This document shows, piece after piece, positions 16,801 through 24,590 of a stretch of 34,871 nt of DNA. The first letter of the stretch is position 1, and every line of letters starts with the position of its first letter. The notes under the pieces were generated by a model that saw only the letters and a program-made list of their open reading frames with translations, made no database searches and had not been told where the DNA came from. The stretch spans positions 1-34,871 of the IMG/VR virus record IMGVR_UViG_3300030330_003718; one strand, 5' to 3'. Position numbers and translations under genes: made by a program. This DNA is from a virus (lineage: Duplodnaviria > Caudoviricetes).

Positions 16801-17989
16801 GTTTCCTTGCAGTGTCCGCAACGGCTTGTTGGTGCTGCATTAGATCGTGCTCAAGTTGCGAGCCTTGCGATGCGACCAAGCCTTCTAATTCGACAAGTTG
16901 CGCTTGTAGGTCTTCAGGCTGCCCTTCTCGGTAATCACCTTCGCGTAGCGCTATCTTTATCTTGGTAATCCGATCCTGCCACTGAGAAACTTGAGCGTTA
17001 CTCTTATCAATCAAGTCTTGCCTGTTTCGCTCGCCAGACGAAATAAGGCTTTCAATAGCCGCAGAGCGCTCCTTGTGCGCCTGGTTTAGCTTTTGATAAG
17101 CTTGCTGCTGGTCCCTAAGGGCCCCTGCCGCTAACGCATTTGCAAGTTCCGCCTGTGCAGCTCTGCTTTCAAACTCCTTAGCCCGAGTTTCAACTTGCTG
17201 GTTTATCCTGTAGGCAACTTCCTCAGGATCGGTCTGGGCTTGCATAAGACTGCCTGGGGCTGCAACTGCACCTTCAACGTCAGCGGCAAGGTCCTGTTCT
17301 AGCTCCTGCTTAAGGACTTCAGGCTCAATAGATTGCTGCTGCTCTGGTTTAAGCACGGCGCTAAGTGGATCGTTTGGATCACCTGGCTTTCTAGATCGAG
17401 TCGCAGCGCGCAACCACATTATCTTTCGATCGTAATTTAAGTCACCGCCGCCAACTTCAGACTGTGGAAGCCACACACTGTTTTCAGGGATCGTGCTGAG
17501 ATCGTAAGTGCCAGTATCTGGAGGTGTGCGAAACCGAGGGGGAAGAGGGCTTGCTAAAGTCACCTTGGGATCGTCTAAATACACACCGCGCGCTTCAAGG
17601 TCGGCGCGCAGCTTTGCCAGCACCTCGGTCTCCTCAAAGCGATTCTTCTTGCCGCCTAAACGAGTTGCTTCATCAGCTATGTATTCAGCAATTGTCTTTC
17701 CGCTTGGATCAACTCCTCCTGCTACTGCTGGAGCGCGCTGTGGTTTCGGTGATGGCATTGCTGTTAACTGAGGTGCTGCCTCTCCAGGGTCTATTGCCCC
17801 CGGCTCTGTGTTGATTTGTGCCACTTCTGATGCAGCGCTTCTAAATTGGCGCAGCGTCAAACCGCCGTGTTTCTGTGTCGGCGATAACCCGTACCGCTCA
17901 ATGAACATATTAGCGGCTTCTGCTGTTCCGTACTGATCGACCAAATAATCGTAAGCGTCAGCTACTGTTGTTTCGCCTGTTAGTTCCAT
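10856..17989 (-). CDS. Giant internal virion/ejection protein, ~2377 aa
   Basis: Very long ORF at the position of podovirus ejection proteins, with coiled-coil and Gly/Ala hydrophobic segments. Start moved to ATG 17989 (GAGG RBS after TAATAG). Confidence 0.75.
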   Translation of the reverse strand: MELTGETTVADAYDYLVDQYGTAEAANMFIERYGLSPTQKHGGLTLRQFRSAASEVAQINTEPGAIDPGEAAPQLTAMPSPKPQRAPAVAGGVDPSGKTIAEYIADEATRLGGKKNRFEETEVLAKLRADLEARGVYLDDPKVTLASPLPPRFRTPPDTGTYDLSTIPENSVWLPQSEVGGGDLNYDRKIMWLRAATRSRKPGDPNDPLSAVLKPEQQQSIEPEVLKQELEQDLAADVEGAVAAPGSLMQAQTDPEEVAYRINQQVETRAKEFESRAAQAELANALAAGALRDQQQAYQKLNQAHKERSAAIESLISSGERNRQDLIDKSNAQVSQWQDRITKIKIALREGDYREGQPEDLQAQLVELEGLVASQGSQLEHDLMQHQQAVADTARKLGVSYSQLGLPRTMTNKWGGNWWQKQLDNAPDSLSNAFTGYAGLMFGRIGGVSAGIVGSVMDTMWLFADGVSGNKLSEATNYTLPTAMLGALGSPGTGIPKEVEDLSRSRFAELYEGESYDETLGNRTFLRMQNAIAAHDDHINQRVARKYSNPVLDVSTTAYMDLSDLVAGGAYLAGMVLPSPAEMGRRNQQLSGMDTFTSSLTQGYAESIGLGPAAFATTGAMFGVGAGGDNTLAAITNRFSRNMAGAPISTAATVFTALGPAANMIKGASGVAWSAATTAAVSSARATRAGILRVMERAGLADEFKVALDAAQQKASWVTDKSGKTMQAIRDRIANLADNTLWNLMDAELKAAVSRVNSDDVAGALKAEAKLQTKEKLAGVVNRAKMGALLGAGVADPASIVAGAVVGAVATPAALASATKFAKAFKAQAPGAFQLFVDHVAHRNPDAQWSLRQFDAGINEAQMAEAGLRRLIQGAITREFKLDVDFADQIAAIEPVQVKLRAMAKSSDEYKRITREIEGGNEAYPGKGMQQVIEELTTQVDQGLASRADLKAAQKQLEALEAQRKQVYQVEYAKAAVETFDDLGVLKETGLEDILRRIDADGAADGAQVRAAQAKNKADWEAEKANINKRAAKREAKQEESAARLEAKLSDEKVVQARNEAEAAAKAASERSAEAAAAGARQGDLPPRGDLILDVVPENAKQAQSLARQATNRLKTYANNLDDMDQKLDGAGLKANARGIKQIGMDGERLGSYRRGVPGRDRIAKQQAKVQKLSRAADDLEGDARAAQDKKVVEAQAKLDEMRALHDEARARIARARAERVPELKSAFDRYQQEAARFTADEAASRRRGNFDEGADPRRTEAGARLTPEEAARLDEGPAQLKAKNEKLNKDFEARQAERRDLRNNYNTVLEKEYAAAISAGFGEVPLEGGRVVTERYVARYNPTGARIVEDLSSTESTHAPGLQGATVIQTLANLGAPELRSVIDAVNEFARAYAETGVGFGGAKGGKVATGKGGSLGSSWDKLKADLSSAPGGKGGVNFARRLIAEQLAEHLFGDASVSLARAPALRELFLNKAIMPKVKAAIGSEEWRKLSPDQQRQIAVDVEALINDMGHPRTMSAAGKVFRTRAPTIEIGNTKINLADELLHILKTPEAQRKLGISPKKMKSYREAAVAEVGRDLSMRLQQEALYDWSLDETGYHFGKEGADLRNSLLDSWRAPATSDTYLNSVLDFFTYTGRLPGILKTGAGEKQGFKYILNWIQENAPQLQQRIAENLKGRNSSGSPSQILDDLQRNIGALDDGQTTYTAWDGTLDPSKVVKGRPQTGGSVLSGGILRGKPVVSSTEYAGGKQFLGTFDEATPTNIWMDKGMQGSVGWALDTHKLLQSGPFMNIIRRISAASKINLTALRPATMITNFISNVLAKGVRDGSLPLQTMNEMARAWTVAQLSDDPSKLAVRLKGMSPKRRRQTLQDLEDMRSLESTGAFEKTLIDVEGTTIIDDAMQTGGFSRLGEQAMMLFEWPRRARLTRRLSRMGVDAYRWGDSIFKQTDGLAMMRMYRQAMGDLRIGDDFVVTDQVTGRSLGRVEKLSENKFKVTPLDRRQGKGVVVDTAETFKALSRDLTPSPNALTSLLARGAVSYGNALYFDYAAVPGWLKLARVFDGTIFGPFLTWAMKAQDLPFFKRGLGYHTGLSTSLPIRTTSPVALTRIASREMAMAARRSLMLNAGKSAQSGEALDYRRQMLPEHMSMGAAFDPDIPGVGREGSTFLSPGTRSYVNNLGYVFSSLIKVSRPDELDAYYRELRREEPSMKKLADLMVGNATLKQAVNAMATGRDAFNRPFRNTEDLMKSIVTPFVPGVVTASAEVATTLINPLSEWSSYPRSFQDMPGATMPIRAHAIKVAMGRMLGKLRPDQYVSFMKHYNTKFIADMKRDMELVAINENLPPEIKDYYLNERAEALKKFTELLVPDEIKILKGMEKVKR

Positions 17990-18002
17990 CAGGGTGCCTC
18001 TA

Positions 18003-20522
18003 TTAGTCCTCAGGTAGTGGGTTGCGAGGTCTGCGACCTGAGCCACCACCAAGCCACCCTCCACTTTGCAGAGCCTTCGTAGCTTCGCCTATTTGCGCGT
18101 CGGTCACAGATATTGCCTTGTCTAATTCTTGAAGAAAAGCTTCCTGCTGCAATTGTCTTTGCACGCCCATGTTGTACAGTTGCTCTTGCTGGAGTTTGAG
18201 GTCTCTGTTTTGCGGAGCCATCAAATACGGATTAGCTAGTGCATTGCCTGCATCTTTAATTTGACGCTTAATTCCAGACATCTCTGATACTACTTGTGCC
18301 CGCAGCTTTAAAATTTCAGATTTGTTGACACCTGCGCTTTGCAGCATCGCCCGCTTATTAGCTGCGTTTATGCTTCTGTTTCCAAGGACAATGCGAGCCT
18401 TGCGGTAAGAATTCATGCTTTCGAGCTGAGCCAGACTAACCATGGTGCGCTGGTTAGCTATCTGGGCATCCTGTATCATATTTTGGTATTCATTGTACGC
18501 TTTCAGATTGCTCTGCTGAGCCTTCAAATCCAGCGACAAGCGGTTTCTCAGGTTTTTAGACTCCTGGTTAAATTTAGCCAGTGCCTCCATCCGCTTTCTT
18601 GTGTGTATCTTGACCGCTTCTCTTTGTGCTACTCCTGCTTGTTGGAACAGGTTTCTGGCGGCATTCACATAACTTGTACGCTGGGCAGCATGTCGCTTGT
18701 GGTGATCACCGCTGTAGAGGTCCCATAGAGACTCTGGCTTTGCGCCGCGCATTGCAGCCATTGTCAGCATTTGCGCCTGTGCTCGAAGGTTTTTTACTTC
18801 CTGTGGAGTTTCAAAATTTGCTGCAGCATCAAACTTAGGACCCTGCAAGTCTGCGACCGTAATCGTTCCCGCCTGCGTTGGTCCCTTAACGAGCGGAATC
18901 GTTCTTGTTTTGTTTGGACCCTTGCGCTCTTCAACGGTAACTGTCGCTCCAGGGTTTCTCCTTAGAACGTCCGTCGCCTCTCTTTCGACTTTTCCGGCAA
19001 GCGCACCTTTAGGATCGTCAACCTGGTTGTCTGCACTCGAGGTCTCGTCAGCAGCGGCACCGCCACCCCAGAACCCCTGGACAGCCTTAGAGGCCACATC
19101 AATTAAGCCTTGGACGTATTGAGGATTTACCTCAGCGTCGACCACGCCATCAACTTGCTCTGGTGTGTTGGCTTGCGGAAGAGGCCCCTCTGTGTTTGCC
19201 GGCACAGCCGCTGGCTTTACCTCTGCTGGTCCTGCAGACTCCCCGCCCTCAGGGGGCAGAGCGTCAAAAGTCAAAGGCATAGCAAACCTGCTGCCTGGTG
19301 CAAAACGGCCTCTTTTAAATTGCTCGACAACGTAACGCTGACCTTCTGCACTAAGAATACCGTCGGCACCCTCAAGCGTAACCTCAGGCGCTTCGTTGGC
19401 TTTCCCCTGTGTAACCAAAACTCTTAGCCTGCCGTTTGCAACCAGCTCGTCGATTAGTGCGGCTTTTTGCTCACGCTGGAGCAATTCTTCGACAATTCTT
19501 CTGTTTTCTTCGTCTGGGTCTTTGGCGGCTGGATTGTAAACTAGCGGTGACTGCATTGCTTCAGGTGTTGCCGCCTCTAGCGCCGCGTCTGGTGCATTTG
19601 CCTGAGCAGGAATTGCCGTTGTCGGTGTTGCATCATCAACTACAACAACCTTTTCTCCAGCTAAAGAGCCTCCTTCGGGTGCTGCTGCTACTGGTGCCGC
19701 TGCCGCAGGTGCAGGTGCTGCAGGTGCAGGTGCTGCTGCTGACCCCTGCCTTGCCTGTGCAAGAGCGTTAAGCTTTTCGAGCGCCATGTCTTTCTGTCTC
19801 GCTAGGCGCCCCACAACTTCCTGCGGCATAGCCTGGTCCGAGAAAAGCATTTGGTTTGTGGACTCTACCAACCGAACCAAGCTGTCGTAGTCATCGGGAA
19901 TCGGGGCGTCAGGCACTACGGGCGACCCTGTCCCTGTAACTTGACCTACTCGCTGCGCCGTTGAGTCTAGAGACAGGTCGCCGATAAGTGCATCAGTATC
20001 TCTAGTAAGATCGGCTAAATCCATCGCCTGCAGCGACGGTGCTTCATATGCCTGTGACTGCACAAGCCTTGAAGCGGGCCCGGCTTCCCTTCTCAGGATG
20101 TTTAAAGCCTCTGCGTCTGCCGCTGATAAATCAGAGGGGACGGGGCTACCCCTAGACACAATGCCCAAGTCTGACATTGTTTCGGCGGCACTGGAGGGAG
20201 TGGCGTCGTGCCCAGCTAAAGCCCGCTGCGCCTTTCCGTGCCCTATCAATCGCCCGGTCAGGTCGTGCTCTCCCAAATCGGCGATCATTAAATCGGTTTC
20301 AGCCCCTAGCTGATCGGCTAAAGTGGCATCTCCGCCTTCAATCGCCTGTAACAACTGCAGCATTTTTGCTAGCTTGTGCTCGCCTTTTTCGCCCTCGCGA
20401 TACCTGTCAACCAGGCTGCGTGACCCCGGCACATTAGCGGCGTGCAAACTCTCACGCGCCTGATGGCGCAACTGCTTTGCGGCGATAGCTCTTAAGGCTT
20501 CAAGTTCTGCTTCAGTAGCCAT
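18003..20522 (-). CDS. Putative internal virion/ejection protein, 839 aa
   Basis: Ala/Pro-rich linker and C-terminal Gln/Ala helical region; synteny. Confidence 0.7.
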   Translation of the reverse strand: MATEAELEALRAIAAKQLRHQARESLHAANVPGSRSLVDRYREGEKGEHKLAKMLQLLQAIEGGDATLADQLGAETDLMIADLGEHDLTGRLIGHGKAQRALAGHDATPSSAAETMSDLGIVSRGSPVPSDLSAADAEALNILRREAGPASRLVQSQAYEAPSLQAMDLADLTRDTDALIGDLSLDSTAQRVGQVTGTGSPVVPDAPIPDDYDSLVRLVESTNQMLFSDQAMPQEVVGRLARQKDMALEKLNALAQARQGSAAAPAPAAPAPAAAAPVAAAPEGGSLAGEKVVVVDDATPTTAIPAQANAPDAALEAATPEAMQSPLVYNPAAKDPDEENRRIVEELLQREQKAALIDELVANGRLRVLVTQGKANEAPEVTLEGADGILSAEGQRYVVEQFKRGRFAPGSRFAMPLTFDALPPEGGESAGPAEVKPAAVPANTEGPLPQANTPEQVDGVVDAEVNPQYVQGLIDVASKAVQGFWGGGAAADETSSADNQVDDPKGALAGKVEREATDVLRRNPGATVTVEERKGPNKTRTIPLVKGPTQAGTITVADLQGPKFDAAANFETPQEVKNLRAQAQMLTMAAMRGAKPESLWDLYSGDHHKRHAAQRTSYVNAARNLFQQAGVAQREAVKIHTRKRMEALAKFNQESKNLRNRLSLDLKAQQSNLKAYNEYQNMIQDAQIANQRTMVSLAQLESMNSYRKARIVLGNRSINAANKRAMLQSAGVNKSEILKLRAQVVSEMSGIKRQIKDAGNALANPYLMAPQNRDLKLQQEQLYNMGVQRQLQQEAFLQELDKAISVTDAQIGEATKALQSGGWLGGGSGRRPRNPLPED
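19705..19734. repeat. 15-bp direct repeat x2 encoding Ala-Pro linker
   Basis: GCAGGTGCAGGTGCT twice, encoding APAPAAPAPA. Confidence 0.8.
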
Positions 20523-20533
20523 CGTAAGTATCC

Positions 20534-20845
20534 TTATGGGGTCGGCTGAAGAGCCTGCAGGAGCACTTGCCTCGTTTCGTCGTCAAACGCCCCCATCAAC
20601 TGCTGAAGCTTTGAGGCAGGCATCCCAGCCAGCGTCTTCTGGAGCATCGCTTGCGTGCCTGCCTTCTGAGGAGAGAGCATCGACGCAATGCTCTCGCCGT
20701 CCCCGCCAAGCGGGAATTTGAGTGCGCCAATAGCAATTCCTTTAGGCACGTCATAAAGCAGTGTGTTAGCCCACTTGCTTTCAAGCTGCTTTCCGACGCT
20801 TGGTGCGTATTGTGCGGGCATGCCGCCATAACGAACGATTGCCAT
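20534..20845 (-). CDS. Hypothetical (putative internal virion) protein
   Basis: AGGAG RBS; position in the ejection cluster. Confidence 0.7.
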   Translation of the reverse strand: MAIVRYGGMPAQYAPSVGKQLESKWANTLLYDVPKGIAIGALKFPLGGDGESIASMLSPQKAGTQAMLQKTLAGMPASKLQQLMGAFDDETRQVLLQALQPTP

Positions 20846-20853
20846 GACTTCTC

Positions 20854-21582
20854 CTACGTTAAGTACTTCTGTGCTGCGACATTTGCCGCATTGTTATATG
20901 CTTCGTACTCTGGCGTTCCGGGGGCGTAAAGGTCACGCTTGCTTCGCAGGGCTTGCACATAGTCAGAGCTAAACGTGTATTGATTACGCATCATTTCAGC
21001 ATCAGTTGCTGCCTTGTCTGCAGCAGCAGCAGCAGCCTCAACATCTTGCTCCGCAAAACCAAGAGCCTGAGTTTCTCTCGCTAACTTCAGTTGCGCTAAT
21101 GCATCATTGATTTGCGAAGCGTACTCAGCAGCCTGTTTCTGCGCCAGAACGCCACCTTCTCGAGCCTGAGCGGATGCTGCACCAGAGGCTGTTAACCCGG
21201 CACTTCCAAGAGTCGCCAGCATTGCCGATGCAGGAACACCAATCGCAGATCGCATATTGTCAGTAATCATCTTTTGGAGTGCTTGCTTGGATGCAGCCGC
21301 TTGATCATACCCCTGAAGGACGCTCATGCGACCTGACTCCAGCTCGCCTTCAAGCTCTTGCTGTTGCTGCTGCGTGCCCGCAAGCGTTGACTGCTGCCTG
21401 CCGGATCCGCCTCCTGCTTTAGATCCCAAATAGCTACCAGCAGCGCCGCCTAGTCCAGCACCGATCTTAGCGCCCAGGGCCGTGCCGGCACCCGGTGCTA
21501 TAAATGACCCCGCAAGACCACCAATCGTTGCTCCAACGCCCGAACCTAAAGTTCCCCACCCAATTGTACTTCCTGCGCTCAT
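20854..21582 (-). CDS. Putative ejection protein with N-terminal glycine zipper
   Basis: GxxxG repeats in residues 1-60, followed by Ala/Gln helices. Confidence 0.7.
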   Translation of the reverse strand: MSAGSTIGWGTLGSGVGATIGGLAGSFIAPGAGTALGAKIGAGLGGAAGSYLGSKAGGGSGRQQSTLAGTQQQQQELEGELESGRMSVLQGYDQAAASKQALQKMITDNMRSAIGVPASAMLATLGSAGLTASGAASAQAREGGVLAQKQAAEYASQINDALAQLKLARETQALGFAEQDVEAAAAAADKAATDAEMMRNQYTFSSDYVQALRSKRDLYAPGTPEYEAYNNAANVAAQKYLT

Positions 21583-21587
21583 TGTTA

Positions 21588-23222
21588 CTACCTCGCTAGA
21601 TCCATCTTGCCGACAATATAAACATTAACCCCTGCCTGATTCCAGAACACATCGCCGGCTTTTGTTGTTGCCGCCGTAATATTTGCTGATCCACTCGGAT
21701 CCATAATGTTGTAAAACAAACGAACTTCGATAAACTGCTCAAGCCCCGCAGTCTTTGGCGCACCTTCCGCCGAGCCTGTGTTGACGGCATATGCTGCGTT
21801 TTGCCGGTCGTGCGTTGCATCGAAGTGCACCTGCTTGCCAAAGTAAACGGGTCGCCCCTGAACGGGCCAGCCCCTTCCGACTGTGCCAGTTTTGTAAACT
21901 AAAGGAACCGGATAAAGCTGCCCTTTCAAAAGGCTCCCAGCTCCTGTTCCCAAATTAAACGCAGAATAAGCGATCTGCTGATAGGTCTTTGTTTGGCTTC
22001 TGATTCCGGTCCCCATGCCAACACCGACCTGCAGGTTTCGCTGTGCTGCAGTCAGGCTTGTTGCATCAATATGGCGGATCGGATCAAACCCGACATCAAC
22101 AAGCACATGGTGAATCGTGCCGGGAAACGTAATCGGGATAATCGCCCTATCGAAGAACCAATACGCTGAAGGGCTGCCACCTGGGGCATTGTTTTCTTCC
22201 CAGTAAGTAGCGTTGGCTCCAGTGCAAATAGCATCAGTCTTCAGCAGGTTTACATTCCAACAGAAATAAGAGCTGTCCTGCGAAAGCTGTTCTTTGGGCT
22301 GTGCGAAGTTAGTTGGCGTTGAGTTGTGTGTATATCGATCAAAACGCCCTGCATGCAGTTGATCTTGAAACTTCTGATCGAGCGTCTCGATGTGCGTTTG
22401 CAGTCCAGTGGTTCCCTCTGCTCGAATCGTGGCTCCTGCTGCGGGAGCAGCCAGAGTTATGCTGTCGTTGTTACGGTTAATATAAGCCGCACCTGGGCTG
22501 TTCTGGGGATACGCATTACTGGCGTAACTAAGAGCGGTGTCTCGCTCTACAATCGGATGACTGAACACTAGTCGAAGAACAAGCGCATTATCCCCAGCCG
22601 TATCTGCAGATGTGTATTGCAACTGATAGATTGAATAGGGGTTAATATCGATATTTAGATCTCGCAGCATTTTGGGGTTACTGCGGTTAACTGTCTGAAT
22701 CAGTTCAGTCGTCTCTATCGACAGCGATGCAACAACCTCTTTGTCATTATCGCGCCCCTGAACGTTGTTTTTGGTAAGCACTGACAGTTCAATTTCGGCA
22801 GCGTTGTCGTGCGCGTTGGCTGAAGCGTAGCCAGCCGTTCCGCCTGTGTACTGAATCTTCTTAGATGTATTGGCGGTGTCGAACCCAAATGCGATTGCCT
22901 CAAGCAAAACCGTGGGTGTGTTTATGTCCGGCGAAACACCGTGAAATGGGTCAGCCGTGCTAAGCAGTGAACCGCCAACAATTGCAGGAAAGTATTCTTG
23001 AAGGGGCGGCAAGGAAAACCGCCATGTCAGTGGGGCTGCCGTTGTCCCTGTTGCCCTGTTAAGCGAAAACGTCATGCTAAATCTAGCACGTTTGTCTTGC
23101 CTTTGATCTACGTCGATGTTGCCGGACAAAGCAGTGGCTACTTTGGCTAAGTTGCCTTGCGTGTGTGCAACTTCGAGTTGAACGCCAAGTGGCAGTTTCT
23201 TGTCGTCGGTAATCTTAGCCAT
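21588..23222 (-). CDS. Putative tail/structural protein, 544 aa
   Basis: Beta-rich ORF between the nozzle and ejection genes. Confidence 0.65.
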   Translation of the reverse strand: MAKITDDKKLPLGVQLEVAHTQGNLAKVATALSGNIDVDQRQDKRARFSMTFSLNRATGTTAAPLTWRFSLPPLQEYFPAIVGGSLLSTADPFHGVSPDINTPTVLLEAIAFGFDTANTSKKIQYTGGTAGYASANAHDNAAEIELSVLTKNNVQGRDNDKEVVASLSIETTELIQTVNRSNPKMLRDLNIDINPYSIYQLQYTSADTAGDNALVLRLVFSHPIVERDTALSYASNAYPQNSPGAAYINRNNDSITLAAPAAGATIRAEGTTGLQTHIETLDQKFQDQLHAGRFDRYTHNSTPTNFAQPKEQLSQDSSYFCWNVNLLKTDAICTGANATYWEENNAPGGSPSAYWFFDRAIIPITFPGTIHHVLVDVGFDPIRHIDATSLTAAQRNLQVGVGMGTGIRSQTKTYQQIAYSAFNLGTGAGSLLKGQLYPVPLVYKTGTVGRGWPVQGRPVYFGKQVHFDATHDRQNAAYAVNTGSAEGAPKTAGLEQFIEVRLFYNIMDPSGSANITAATTKAGDVFWNQAGVNVYIVGKMDLAR

Positions 23223-24036
23223 GGATCGTTTCCTTGTAAGTCACGACGAATGTTGGATGACCCGGCATCTTTGTAAATGGCGTGCTAGCGTTCCACTCTG
23301 CGTCCGCACTAATGTTGTCTTCTTCAGCAAACGCCAATCGAAAGCGAACACGAGACAACTGGTGGATTGGGATGTTTAAATCATTGCGCTCCAGCACCCA
23401 GACATTTGCGCTGGAAGCCCCCGTCATGGACGACGGCAACGCTGGAAGCATGTCGTCAGTGGCAGCTACCTTTGGTGACATAAGTGGCACAAGCGCATAA
23501 GACGAATCATAGTCATGCAAATGAAACTCTTTTGAGTTGTATCGCCGATCTTCTGGCGTCGTTTGATTGTCCGTATCAATTAGCACTTGCAGTAAGCTGC
23601 GCTGCGATGAGTACTTAAACATCACAATGTTATACCAGTCGGAGTACATATCGATATGCACGGCAATCGAGTCTAGAATTATGGGGCGATCAAACACCGT
23701 GCTGCTCGTCCAAATCCCCGCATAGTCAACGGAAGGATTATACTGAGCAGCCGATGTCCGGCCCGGCTCAATACCCTTGGCCCTCCAGGTTGGCGACGTG
23801 TTGTCGCTAGATGCATAAAGCCAAGGGAACCCAGCAATCCCACCTGCAGCAGCCCCCACGTTGGTAATCATGTGCGACTTTAGCACCATCGTCTGCACGG
23901 AGCGCGATCTGGAGATATCATCGAGCGGAACATCGTTGGTGCGATCAATAACCTCGGTGACCGCCTTCTGAATACGATCCCCATCGATGGTACTACGATC
24001 GCTAAACTGCTCTCTGCTAATCTTACGGGTGCTCAT
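23215..24036 (-). CDS. Putative tail/structural protein, 273 aa
   Basis: Overlaps both neighbours and shares motifs with the 544-aa protein. Confidence 0.65.
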   Translation of the reverse strand: MSTRKISREQFSDRSTIDGDRIQKAVTEVIDRTNDVPLDDISRSRSVQTMVLKSHMITNVGAAAGGIAGFPWLYASSDNTSPTWRAKGIEPGRTSAAQYNPSVDYAGIWTSSTVFDRPIILDSIAVHIDMYSDWYNIVMFKYSSQRSLLQVLIDTDNQTTPEDRRYNSKEFHLHDYDSSYALVPLMSPKVAATDDMLPALPSSMTGASSANVWVLERNDLNIPIHQLSRVRFRLAFAEEDNISADAEWNASTPFTKMPGHPTFVVTYKETIHG

Positions 24037-24590
24037 ACTGCTACCTCAACGCCAACAGTGACGTTATTATGCGCCCTGCTCGTTTCATCCAAACAGCCTG
24101 TTGCAGTGCAATTTCCTGCAGCGCCTGCGTTATTGATAACAAACCCGTTTGCCTGGGCGTTGTAAAAGTAGCAGCCTACCGCTGAGATGTGACCATCGGC
24201 TTCGACGCTTATATAACTATCAGAGGCGGCGGACTGCTCATTCTCTTTCTTTACGATCGATGCGCCAATAAGAATTAGTTTGCCTGTTGCTGTTACGTTA
24301 ATGGCTGGCGTGTTTCCGTCGCAAATAAACGTGCCACCTCTAATAATAGCCGACCCCGATACAACGACCTGTGACCTGACGACAGCCCCTGGTGCCAAAT
24401 AAACTGTCCCGCGAATCTCTTTAAGACTAAAGCCCGTGCGTCTTCCAGCCCCTAAGAAGAAGCTGTTGTTTGCATTCTTTCGCTCTTGAACAGATTCTTC
24501 TTTAAAGATGACGTTGGAGCCCAGTGCATCTTTAATATCGAGTTGGTTTAGAGCCTCTCGCTGCTCAATTGAAGAAGTTGCGTTGCTCAT
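24033..24590 (-). CDS. Putative beta-helix tail protein
   Basis: GTVYLAPGAVVRSQVVVSG and repeated short hydrophobic strands. Confidence 0.55.
   Translation of the reverse strand: MSNATSSIEQREALNQLDIKDALGSNVIFKEESVQERKNANNSFFLGAGRRTGFSLKEIRGTVYLAPGAVVRSQVVVSGSAIIRGGTFICDGNTPAINVTATGKLILIGASIVKKENEQSAASDSYISVEADGHISAVGCYFYNAQANGFVINNAGAAGNCTATGCLDETSRAHNNVTVGVEVAV

Noticed and set aside
17990-18064. Functional overlap or fusion between the 839-aa and giant genes
   Set aside because: There is a good RBS and ATG at 17989 after a double stop, and I saw no slippery site.
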